A stretch of DNA of 63,975 bases, counting the filler, from Basidiobolus ranarum (lineage: Eukaryota), in assembly GCA_040143965.1 (NCBI GenBank). It is 3 parts of 3 records of this genome, joined end to end, with 100 filler letters (N's around TTAATTAATTAA, not from the genome) between each part and the next. Parts side by side here need not be neighbours in the genome. Positions count along the whole stretch, not along the records: positions 43,834 to 63,975 come from JASJQH010000233.1; 2 more parts are not named here. The stretch is one strand, 5' to 3'. Below are positions 52,901 through 63,975 of the stretch, one piece after another; positions within the stretch are counted from its first letter, which is position 1; each line of letters opens with the position of its first letter. The notes beneath the pieces are model-generated. The model worked only from the letters and a program-made list of their open reading frames with translations. It did no database searches and was not told the origin of the DNA. Both the position numbers and the translations under genes were made by a program.

Positions 52901-53811
52901 TATATATGGCTGTTGTAATCAGTGCACAGGGGGCGGGAATGGCCTTTGCATTCATTCCTAGTCTTGGTAAAGCTAAATCAGCTGCTGCTTCTATACTCTC
53001 GATGATAGACCGAAAATCTCTAGTGGATACCAGGAAAAAGGAAAAAGATACGGTGGGTGAAATCGAAGGGTATGTTAGGCTGAAAGATGTGCATTTTTCC
53101 TATCCTACTCGTCCAGGAATATCTGTTTTGAAAGGATTGAGCTTGAAGGTTAAGCCTGGACAGTTCATAGCCTTGGTAGGTCCTTCTGGATGCGGAAAGA
53201 GTACCATTGTTGGGCTAATAGAACGTTTCTACGATGTATCATCGGGAAGCATACAAATTGACGGAAAGGAAATTCGACACATGAATATCAATTCCATTCG
53301 TAGAAATATCGCCTTGGTTGGACAGGATGTGGCCTTGTACGATATGACGGTTGGAGAAAACATAGCATTTGGTCTTGTCAATCAGATAGCCAGTCAAACC
53401 GAGATTGAAGAGGCGGCCAAAAACGCGAATATTCATGACTTCATTGAGAGTCTTCCGCAAGGATATAATACACCTTTAGGTAATAAAGGCTCGCAACTTT
53501 CCGGAGGACAAAGGCAACGTATAGCTATTGCTCGTGCGTTAATTCGAGATCCTAAGATTTTACTACTAGATGAGGCAACAAGCGCTTTAGATGCTGAGTC
53601 AGAAAGTGTAGTACAGGCTGCTCTAGATAATGCTACCAAGGGAAGAACTACCATAGCTGTTTCCCATAGATTATCAACCATTCAAAAGGCAGATATTATA
53701 TACGTAGTTAATAATGGAGTAATCGCGGAGCGTGGAACACATACAGAGTTGATGCTTTCGAAGGGCCAATATTATTGTTTGGTTAAAAAGCAAAATGTAG
53801 TTTCACCATAA
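49954..53811 (+). CDS. Full-size ABCB1/MDR1-type transporter, paralogue of 13350..17317, ~1262 aa
   Basis: join(49954..50168,50238..53811); same domain order and same intron position/phase (AC|T) as the first copy; both NBDs retain Walker A/B and LSGGQ. Confidence 0.96.
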
Positions 53812-56800
53812 ACAAACTGTCAGAAGTTTACTCGGTGAGGTACTTCTCATGGCATAAGACTTTACCAAAATAAAGTTTATAGAGTTACTGATTAAGAAGC
53901 TATGTCTTACATTTGTTTGTGCTTAATTATATTTTACAGCTCTCAACTTAGCCTTGACTACATATTAACATACCTGTTGGTGCAGTTAAACAAACAAATA
54001 TGACGTGATTAAGGTGAGTAATATAAGAGCCCTGGGAGTTTACGTAATTCAGTTGAAGTGGTTGTAAGGAGTATGGGGTTCGTGTAACTTAAGAACCGGT
54101 CCTTTGCTTATTAAGTAAGCGACTGAATGAAAGAATTATGAGGATATTACTTGCAAGGACTGGTGTATTGTTAGACAAAGCTACTCAAGTCAAAACCAGC
54201 ATTTAGGGTTACTATGGAGTGTGTTTTCAGCCTGGTGAAGTGCTGTATTACATTACAAATAGGTGCAACAATACTAGTTAAGTCTGACCCTGGTTTTGTA
54301 ACCTCAAGTGTTTGTTCATGTTTAGTAATTAAGCGTTATTAGTACAATCATAACTTGAGGAAATGCGATGAAGTTTGAGTTTAATGATGGTGTGCTTTAC
54401 ACTGGGTCATTATCATGGAATAAGCTAGAATATAGAGGAAATCAAGATTGAGTAAACTTAGTTACGAGGCACTTTGATTAATAGGCCTACCTCTTCCTCT
54501 CCATAGCCTGCGGTTATTGAATAGATCATGAACAACCGCTGGAATCTCTATGTTGATACCAGCTTCCTGGGCTTGCGTTATTAGTTCTACTGACAATGAT
54601 CTTCATGTTTCTGCTTCACTATCTGACCAATCAAAGGTGCATCTCTAGAGATCATAGAACCTTGAGCATACACAAATGGCTTCTGATTCGAAGATACGTG
54701 TGCTACAGATGAACTAGGCATTGATCCTGATATGTAGGAAAAGAACCCTGGATCTCTTGTAGAAACGCCACCCACTGACACCCATGTATTTCGGAAATGA
54801 CAACAGAGCGATCATTCCTTACTACTGGGGTGGATATGACTTGTGTAGAGATAATATGCAGCTTACATACAACATATGCAAACCAGTGCTATTCTTGTAG
54901 CGTATGCATTTGCAACTGCAGCTCATCGTTGAGAAAAACGGATGTTACCTGCCAAAAGTCTGGTAGCAGTAGCGATGTTTATTTATTTGACTACCAACAG
55001 TCAACAATTATCCTTTCATCCAGGCAAATCATGACTTATCTGTTGATAATTTCACAAGCTGATGTCATGAACATTCACGAACTATACTGTATTCACTGAT
55101 CCAGTCGAGTTCGATGACAGCACAGGCAATTTCAAAAGCAGTTGAGTAGTGAGCATCTTGAGTAGCAACCCAAGTAGCAATGCAGATTCTAGTTTATTTT
55201 ACTTGTTAGCACACTACACAGGATAGCCACGATCGTCTGGCCCTAAACCCAACCACATTCTCTGATTGAACATTAAGGTTGATATTTCGAGGTTAGGAGA
55301 GCTAAACTTAAGTACATCCAAGAAAACAGCATCGCCTGTTTCATCTGGTTACGAGTATTAATATAATATCAGTTAAGAAGATCTTGAAGCATGGTGATCC
55401 GACTCCCTTGTTAATATTTTTTCGGGGAACCCCTTCTTCATGGCGTAACTCTGAGAGGCTAGATTTAAGTTCATTACGACCTGTATCCATCCTCTTTTCA
55501 TATTAGTACTAGGTGAGCATAAGGAATAGTTCTCGGTCGTGTAGTGTAGATTAACGATGATATCTCTTATCGAGCACTGACCATTAGCCAATGATGTTAT
55601 GCATTGAGTACTGGCACTGGTACCTGCAGATGAATCCAGATCGCCATAGCTTCTAAATATAATCCCCAGTCAGTTAAACTCTCCATGCCAAGTAGGAATA
55701 TGACTTCGGAAGTAGACATTCTAGTAAGCTTATATATTTGGAAACAATTCGTCATTTGGCTCAGATAGCAAGAGAAGCTGGCCCAATGTGTTCACTTGTC
55801 AATTATATTTTGTCTACCACTTCTCAAATGTTTGAGATTGGCCCTTTGTATATATCAACATTGCAAAATGTTGAAGTACCATTGGTTTGAGTAACTCTGA
55901 CACTGATGTTGCTACTAATGATTGGAATATGGCATCATTTGTCAAGTGCTTTAAACTTGGCTAAGCAAGCCTATATATAAGATTGGTTTATTATTTACTT
56001 GCATCTGGTTGAAATGAAAGTATCACATCAATTAGTTGCTTGCATATAGATTTACAGATTACTAAATGGCACCAATTTGCAAGTTAGTCAAACAAAATTT
56101 CCTAAGGTGCCTAGGACAGATGTATCTATCTCTGAAAGTATTACATCACTTGAGCCTTTCGGCTTCCAAGGGTTGAAATCTTGGATATAGTGAATCTGCT
56201 CTAAGCTCACTTGTTATTTAATGGGGAAGATCATGATGCTTCTTTTTTCCCTCTATTATTTCCTCACAAGTCGAATTTTTTCTGCTGATATCTATCAAGT
56301 AAAGTTATAACTCAAATACATATACTCCCATAGCTCTGTGTTGTTCATATGGCTATAATACATAGATATATTCCTTGATATATGATGGAAACCAATGTAG
56401 CAACTGTCTGTAGGGTAGTGTAACTAAGAGCAAATCTGTGATATTAGAGAGTATTGACACTGCAAAAACTATGATTTTGTGACTTTCAAACTGTCGGTTG
56501 AAACAGCAATAATGCTAGAGAGAATACTTGCACAAATGAATAAAATCCTATTATGGAGCAGAGGATTGTTTCAAGTGCAAACTATGGGTAGTTCATTTAT
56601 AGCAATAAAAATATAATCGATGGAGTATTCTTAAGGATATGATTTTCATGCAAATATTGGCTATAGCCTGCTGACAAACTCTAAATATCATATTTACCGT
56701 GTTGATACAACTCCAATACTCACATATATGAAAGCAACGTTAATGCACATAAGGAAAATTAATTAAACACAGAAGTAGCATGTATTTTAGTTAATATTAG

Positions 56801-56959
56801 TACTTAATCTATATCTTTATGACTGCACAGTCTGACTCCTGTGCAAAAATTACTTAATAATTGCTATACTCAATTAAAAGATAGAAGTGACCATATATAT
56901 ATATAAGTATTTCAGAATTTTAATAGCTGAAAGATTGGAAGTAATCAATGTGATACTTG

Positions 56960-57279
56960 TGTTGAAATTAGCATTGCCTAAGCACCTATATAGTCATATA
57001 TAGCTTAGTACTTAGTTATCTTATATTGAACTAAGATATTACCCATTATTCTCATAAGGAATTTACTTAGAAGTTCTCAGATATATAGATTTTTCAAAGA
57101 AGCCCCAAACTTTGCACACATGTTCCTGGGACCTTCCTTGACACATTCTACACGTTAGTTTGTTTACATCTTGACAAAACTATAAATGTCAACTGAATAC
57201 TCAATAAATCAAAAAGTGAAAACCACCAATTTCTCTAATTCTCCAAACCACTTCCAACAGGCTCCCAAATACTTTAACA
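56960..57279 (+). mobile_element. Solo LTR family A, best-preserved copy
   Basis: TGTTGAAATTAGCATTG...TATAAAT...AATAAA...ACTTTAACA, 320 bp, flanked by ACTTG / ACTTA (4 of 5 TSD match). Confidence 0.88.
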
Positions 57280-57888
57280 ACTTAAAGTATTAATTTCTTA
57301 GAGGTGAATAATGATCTACAAGAAGTTAGAGATCATTTAATCTGGTGATTGTCAAGTTCTTGTGATTTTCAAATTAACAGTACATATATTGAATCGGTTT
57401 TGAGTGCAAGTGTATATATACTTAACAAACACGTTAATGATATGGTTATATATGTGGCACTTAGTACAACCCACAAATGAACGCCTACAAGGCGCTCTGT
57501 ATCAAGTTTCAAGATACGATTGAAACTACAATGGAACATAACACAAAACAAGCTTTGGAGCTTAAATGGTATTCAAACAGTCTTGAGTCCATCAAGAATT
57601 CCATTCCATTGACGATGTATGACTAGAAGATCTCTTTGTCATTCTGATTTGCCCAGTTGCCTGAAAAGTCATGGCAGTCATGGAGAAGATATTTACATGT
57701 ATTGGCTTTAGTTTTAATAAGGACTAATATGACGGTATTATTACGTGGTCTTAATTACCAATAGTTGATTTTTCTAGTTACAATTATACCAACAATACAA
57801 TACCTTTAGGTATCTTTATAGTTACACGTTCACTTAAAGCCCTACTTTAAGCTACTGTTATTTGTTTGTTTATTACCATACAGACTCC

Positions 57889-58879
57889 ATGAAAAAATTG
57901 GATACCAGTTCCATCACGGCTCAAACACTACAAGAAACCAAAGAGGAATTATACTCGAATTTCAAACAAACTATTCAAGAAATATTTCCCAGTTTATGGC
58001 ACTCCTCCTCGACTTTTCAGCAGTATAGTAGTCAACTTGGATAACCATTGTGTATTTCGAATAGCAAGGAATGAAGCTGCATGGCGTGGATACGAGAAAG
58101 AACGTCAATTGTTGCCTTTATTACAGAAATATCTAAGCAACCAAAACAACAGCATTAGGATTCCTGTCCCAATCTATCATTGTCCATCAACCTTACATTT
58201 ACCGCATGGTTTTATGGGGTATACTTTAATCCCTGGAATACCACTGTCATTCGAAGCGATCCAAGCTGAAGGATCTATGAAGATGTTGGCAGAACAATTA
58301 GCACAATTTCTTGCTGAGCTGCATGACTTTCCCACCACCAGCATTGCACGAACAACAACCAGCCTGTCAGAATTTGACCCTGCTCGGCGACGGCAGCAGT
58401 GGCAGCAAATGTATAAAGACGTCTATTCTACACTAGAGATACACCTGACTCCTACAGAATTTCAAAGGATTTGTCAATGGTGGGATACTGTACTTCAGGA
58501 CACCAGTATGAATGACTTCGTATCATCACTAATCCATGGCGACTTCTGGTATGAGAATATTCTTGTGTCATCCAAAGAGCTGCCTAGCATTGTTGGCGTG
58601 ATAGACTTCGAAGCGGCAGAAATTGCGGATCCAGCTCAAGACTTAGCGGTGGTTCAGTACCTGGGTATTGAATTCCAAACCCGTGTATTGAACTCGTACC
58701 GTCGTCATCGTGGCATGGATGAAAAACCCTAGACACTCTTGCTACATCGGATGCAAATTCACTGGGAGATGCGCGAGTGTACCGGGATTCAGTATTCGAT
58801 CCTGTTTAATGATAATGATGAGCTGCTAGAGTCGATTGAGAAGCTACGCGCCAACCCCGCACTGTTGGAACTCTCGTGA
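57889..58879 (+). pseudogene. Aminoglycoside phosphotransferase (APH)/choline-kinase-fold pseudogene, intronless
   Basis: Brenner motif LIHGDFWYENILV and GVIDFE..I.DPAQD. Frameshift near 58015 (MKKLD...SSTF vs FSSIVVNLDNHCVFRIARN). In-frame TAG at 58730-58732 is followed by 48 further plausible codons to TGA 58879. Confidence 0.8.
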
Positions 58880-60026
58880 TGTTATGTTATTCGTTCGCTT
58901 GTTCGGATCCGTGCAAATGGCCATTAAAAAAGATTAATGCTTTCATTCTTTATGGCGACATAGGGTCGCATGAAATGTTCTTTACAGTGGCTTTTATCTA
59001 AGTATCTTTCAAGTCCAAGACAAGGGTATCTTTTCTTTAGTCACGATAGACACAATTCTAATGTCCATCTTGTCATTAAAACGGCAAGTCTAGAATATGA
59101 ATAGGTTATTCATGTCTTAACTATTTTAAGGGGTGGTATACAAAGGATAGTATACATGTTATACACGTGCAGCCAAAACTAGTTAGTTAATCCTTATACA
59201 TACAAGTTGTAGCGGAACCTAGCTTGCTTTGTATCAACAGTCACTGTTGGATATATTGCTCCAACTAGAGTCAACATGTAAAAGTATATTATTGTTCGCC
59301 TCGACTCAGAACTGTGTTTCATAATACAACCTTAATTAACTTTCATCTTCCAGTCAATGATCACTGGAAGCTTCTGTGTATCTGCCTTACCATTTCAACT
59401 GGTAAATCCAACACCAACGTTGGTGAAAGGTCCTCTAGGCTTGCTAAAATCATTTACACTCACACACTCAAAGGATTGGAGCTTGATACAATTCGAATTT
59501 ATTGCCTCTTTTACAACTACCGTTCTCACTCAATAAAGCCAAATATAGTTGTAGGCTCATCAGCGTTTGCCAACTCCTCTTCCAAGTGATTTGAGGGCCT
59601 TGTTCCGTGTATTACTTTGCCATGAATTCATGTCACTTCTCTCCATTTTGTGCTATAAAGATATAATAACAAATCCCGACATACCTTTGACGTGCATGAC
59701 AGTAAATATTTCATATCCAGTACCAGGGTTCTCAGCCATTAATCTTTCAATATCATATTTATACCGACATAACAGCAGTAAGCCTCCTCTTTCCCTTCTA
59801 CCTTAGACTTATGTTTAGTCAAAGGTAAAGTATTGAAGTTATTGTGCACAGACAAGCTTAAGGAAGTGCTGAATAATAAATAGACTAACGTCACTGATAC
59901 TGTAGACAAGTATTCTGAAGGTTCTAGCTATCACTCGATGAACATCACAATCATAAGAGACAAGATCTCATTTATATTACAACCAGAAGATAGATATGGA
60001 TTGCGTGCTATTCGCATTGACATGCT

Positions 60027-60839
60027 CTATAGAGTTTTGTTGACGGTGATCTCAAAACTTCCGTCGGGTAATGATTTCACATCAACATCGGTGAGGTACT
60101 CCACCACACAATTTGCGTTTGCGTCTTTCAATTGCTCCACTGAATGTGTTGTACTACAGGCGACACAGTTCATACCAGCAGCACGTGCAGCACGAACTCC
60201 TGCTGGGGAATCTTCGAATACAATACAATCCTCTGGAGCCATACCTAGTTTCTTGGCTGTCATGAGATATCCCTCGGGGTCCGGCTTTCCTCGTACCACC
60301 TTACAGAATAAAAGATTTCGATCAGTTGGAAAGTTCTACGTAACTTAAATACTCACACAAGCCCCATACCTGATCTCCTCCGGTTAAAATATCAGGCTTT
60401 TCAATACCACATTGACTTAGTCGAGTCTCTGCGTGATATTGAGTACCTCCGGTGCAGATACCAAGCTTCTTTGGAGGGATCTTCGCGAGTAAATTCTTTA
60501 CACCAAGTAAAATGACCAATCCATCAGTCTCGAGACATAGGTCGCGCTCATACTGGTTAGCTATTTCGGGTGTGGCTTTTTCCGGCACCCATAAACCAAT
60601 GGTTTCAATTGTACGGCGTCCATGAGAAGTCTCAAGAATCTAAAGAGATGAAAGGTTAATACCAAGGATAAAGGCACCAATTTGACTTAGGCAAGTACTT
60701 TATCACCATCCAGGCCGTGCTCAAGAGCAAAGTTACGCCAGTGACGTTCAACCAGTGGTGTTGTGTCAATTAGCGTACCATCAAGGTCGAAAATAAAGGC
60801 CTTAGCTCTTAACGTCTTGGGGCTTTGTTGTGGATTCAT
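60027..60839 (-). CDS. HAD-superfamily sugar/glycerol-phosphate phosphatase (Gpp/Dog/YfbT-like), 3 exons
   Basis: FIFDLDGTLIDT motif I, SHGRRT, ICTGG, GKPDPEGY, VFEDSPAGVRAARAAG; two GT-AG introns. Confidence 0.92.
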
Positions 60840-61694
60840 GACAAAATAAGCTGAAGAACTGACTAGAAAATGTTGGAATTGATAACGAATAACGATACAT
60901 ATATATATGGTTTTGGATTCTTCCTATTTTGGAGACATTTGATAAGCAATCGGTGATCGCATTATGAAGGAAGGAATTCTTTTATCTGCAACTAAATATA
61001 GCAGTTGACCTAGGTGGCTACTCTTAATTTGGTGCCATTGGATTCGTATACGACATTACGTTTTGAAACAATTGAGGCCATGAAATTGGGATTCATAATA
61101 GTGGCTTTCCCACTGTAGTTGTCTCGTTTGGATGTCAGATTAGTCTATGGTGTATTTAGATAGCCAGAGAGAATCTAGATATCCCTGTGACTACTTTCTT
61201 ATCGATACTGATCATGGATTAGTCATCTCCTTGTATTGTTCAAAAAGGGGCCCAAGAACATAGTGCCACCAATGCTGATAATGATTGCTGCCCACTGGCC
61301 AACGTGAGCGCTCCAACTCCTACTGCCTAATTAGCTCAGTTACCATTAGGATTGTGGCTGCTTATTTGGTATGCTGTTTTCCTATCTGGTCCTTTCAACG
61401 ATTGACAATATTCTCTTGGTATTAGAATGGCCAATGGCAACAACCCTAACCCATCACCTCTCAAGGTTGCTTTTATTGCATTCCTGATTGCGATGCACTC
61501 ATTTCGATGGCTGGTAGTATTCGATTATAGTTCAATTAGCAAATCTGATGTCATCGACCTGTGCTGAGTAGTGGTGGATAACTGTACAGGATTAATGCAG
61601 TATTCAGGTTTCAGCGTTGATAATACAAAGCTTTTGGTATGGAAATAGTGGTCATTTGCTGCATCCTATCTGATCAGATTGTTGATGAAGATCC

Positions 61695-62023
61695 TGTTAC
61701 AGTATTTTGGGAGCCTGTTGGAAGTGGTTTGGAGAACTAGAGAAATTGTTGGTTTAAACGTATTGATTTATTGAGTAGAAAGTTGACATTTATAGTTTAG
61801 TCAAGATATAAGTAAACTAACATCTAGGATGTGTAAAGGAAGGTTCTAGAAGTATGTGTGCAAAGTTTGTGGCTTCTAGTACAAGTTTGAAAAAATCTGT
61901 ATACCTGAGAACTTCCAAGTAAATTTCTCTTGAGAAAATGGGTAATATCTTAGGGCAATATAGAATAACTAATTATTAGGCTTTACATGACTACATCAAT
62001 GCCTAGGCAATGCTAAGTTAACA
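61695..62023 (-). mobile_element. Solo LTR family A
   Basis: Reverse-oriented full copy TGTTACAGTATTTTGGGAGCC...GCAATGCTAAGTTAACA. Confidence 0.82.
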
Positions 62024-62102
62024 AATAAACTAGTAAGTGAAAATTATTAATTCTATCTATCTCTCAAAACCACTTCAAACTAACACCCAACATGCTTCAA
62101 CA
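62024..62102 (+). mobile_element. Older diverged 3' LTR fragment abutting the previous copy
   Basis: AATAAACTAGTAAGTGAAAA...CAAAACCACTTCAAAC...CTTCAACA resembles the family A 3' end. Confidence 0.55.
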
Positions 62103-63201
62103 CTCTCAGCAACATTAGAAATTTATTTGACCATCCATTATATGACCTAATCTCTTTGAAGGGTTTTGTAGTTCTGCAGGCCTTAGCAATTACAGCCATG
62201 AAATAAGAGCTGTGAATGAGCCTTAGTCTACTTCACTTATTGCAAGATATGTTCTATGCATTATTTGTGCTTTAGGAGTTCTACTGAAGAGTAATCACAA
62301 AGTGCAACATATTTCTTTTATCAATGTCACTCAAGACTCTATTACAAAAACATAATATTTATAGCAATCAATATATACACAGAGTGTTATGCACCAACAT
62401 ATAAAGTTATTTAACTTACAATATCCCTATTCAACTTGTATAAGTATCTGTTTAGTTAATCACTACTGCATATAGGTCATCTGAATCTATCCAGTGATTC
62501 CATCATTTGACCTATCACATGACTAACTATCTATTCTCTTATCTTTTTTATCAGCTCGTTTAATGTATCACATGATCATTGTCCAATCAATATTATCCAC
62601 CAAGTCATCTGCCAAGGCATAAGTCAAGTGAGTCACAAGAATCATTACCAACAATCTTTAACTGCCAAGAGTTCAACTGATGCATGACTCACTTATATAT
62701 CTACACATCTATTCAATCGTATTTCTCTTCTATCAGAATTAGTTATCTTGTTTCTCACTGCCAACTAATTCTCTTTGCTACGAGAAAGTATAAATAAAGC
62801 TAACTGAACCTTTTCAATTGGTGTTCATCTTAATAAATCCAGCAACAGTAGGGAGTGTAATATCACTAATGATACAGGTACTTTCATATTTCTTAGGCTC
62901 TCAGGCAATGTATAAAACTGGCAAAGTGATAGCAAGTTCCATTCTTGATGAGCCAAGTGGTACCAACCACCTTGTATAACTTCACAGGTTGAGATAGTTG
63001 AATATCAATTGGCCAAGTGATATTGGCTTCTTTCCCATTATGTATTCAAACAATTGGTCAGCATGATAATAATCACTCATTCATTAATTACACTATTGAA
63101 AGTCTAGTTCATAGAACAACAACTGCACAATGGAGGTAGGCCAATCCTTTAGGCAAAATGGGTGCAAATGAGTCAGTCAGCAAAAAGTCCAACATGGATG
63201 C

Positions 63202-63540
63202 TGTTAAAGTATTTGAAAGTCTGTTGGAAGTGGTTTGGAGAATCAGAGAAATTGGTGGTTTTTGCTAATTGATTTATTGAGTAGAAAGTGGACATTTATA
63301 GTTTTGTCATGATGTAAGCAAACTAACATATAGAATGTGTTGAGAAAGGTTCCAGGAACATGTGTGCAAAGTTTGGGGCTGCTTTGAAAAATCTATATAT
63401 CTGAGAACTTTTAAGTTGGTGTCAATATTCTAAGCAAATTCCAATTGAGAATAATGGGTAATATCTTGGTGAAATATAAGATAACTAAGTACTAAGCTAT
63501 ATATGACTATATAGATGTTTAGGCAAAGCTAATTTCCACA
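63202..63540 (-). mobile_element. Solo LTR family A (long variant)
   Basis: TGTTAAAGTATTTG...AATTTCCACA; carries an extra GTTGGT...AATATTC segment shared with the 19227 copy. Confidence 0.85.
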
Positions 63541-63907
63541 TATACAAGTATGGAAGAGGGATTTTTGTTGAGTGAAATGAAACAGCTATGATAAGATAAA
63601 TAATTGAGTATTTTTAACTGTCACTGTCACAATAAGGAACTGGACAAGGACTGGAAACAACAACAAGAGGCTGGAAGACAGGAGAGTACTTGGGTGTAGA
63701 CCACAAGACAAGACAAGACTGGACAAGGAAGATACTTTGGCAAGAATTGTTATTGATAACTGGCATTGATCAGACTGAGGTCTGATCAAGGAATACATGT
63801 GGCTTATATAGATATTGCAAGGTGAAACATAATATACCAAATAGGGAATATACTGTGGCAAGTTTGAGAGTTGGGGTGTTAGGGACTACAAGGACCAATA
63901 CAAAGAG

Positions 63908-63970
63908 GGATGATGTAAGGATGATGTAAGGATGATGTAAGGATGATCAGGTGACCTTCCATGGAAGGTC
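63908..63970. repeat. 11-bp tandem repeat followed by an 18-bp perfect palindrome
   Basis: (GGATGATGTAA)x3 plus a partial unit, then GACCTTCCATGGAAGGTC at 63953-63970. Confidence 0.85.
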
Positions 63971-63975
63971 TTGGC

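Noticed and set aside
54300-56900. Long intergenic stretch with short ORFs
   Set aside because: No recognisable domains in the frames I read; may be old TE debris but cannot be supported.

Overview
Eukaryotic, AT-rich genomic DNA with short GT-AG introns. It comes from a fungus (two chitin synthases), most likely an early-diverging Zoopagomycota/Mucoromycota-type lineage (inference). Two 100-nt assembly gaps carry an artificial TTAATTAATTAA linker. A gene-dense housekeeping core at about 20.5-47 kb holds a TLC protein, a chitin synthase, an AA12-like dehydrogenase, PEX10, a Pho80-type cyclin, an ankyrin-chitin synthase, RPS5, DCN1, a PHD protein, PRP5 and LSM1. The gene-sparse flanks carry hydrolases, two paralogous ABCB1/MDR pumps, a sugar porter with an in-frame TGA, a decayed bacterial-type phosphotransferase and many copies of a ~320-bp solo-LTR family. 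The two most unusual items are (1) an intact, spliced 213-aa gene closely resembling the Dictyostelium Ca2+-dependent adhesion/lectin protein DdCAD-1 (cadA), and (2) a class IV-like chitin synthase fused through canonical introns to an N-terminal ankyrin-repeat module. All family assignments are by motif recognition from memory; no database search was run.
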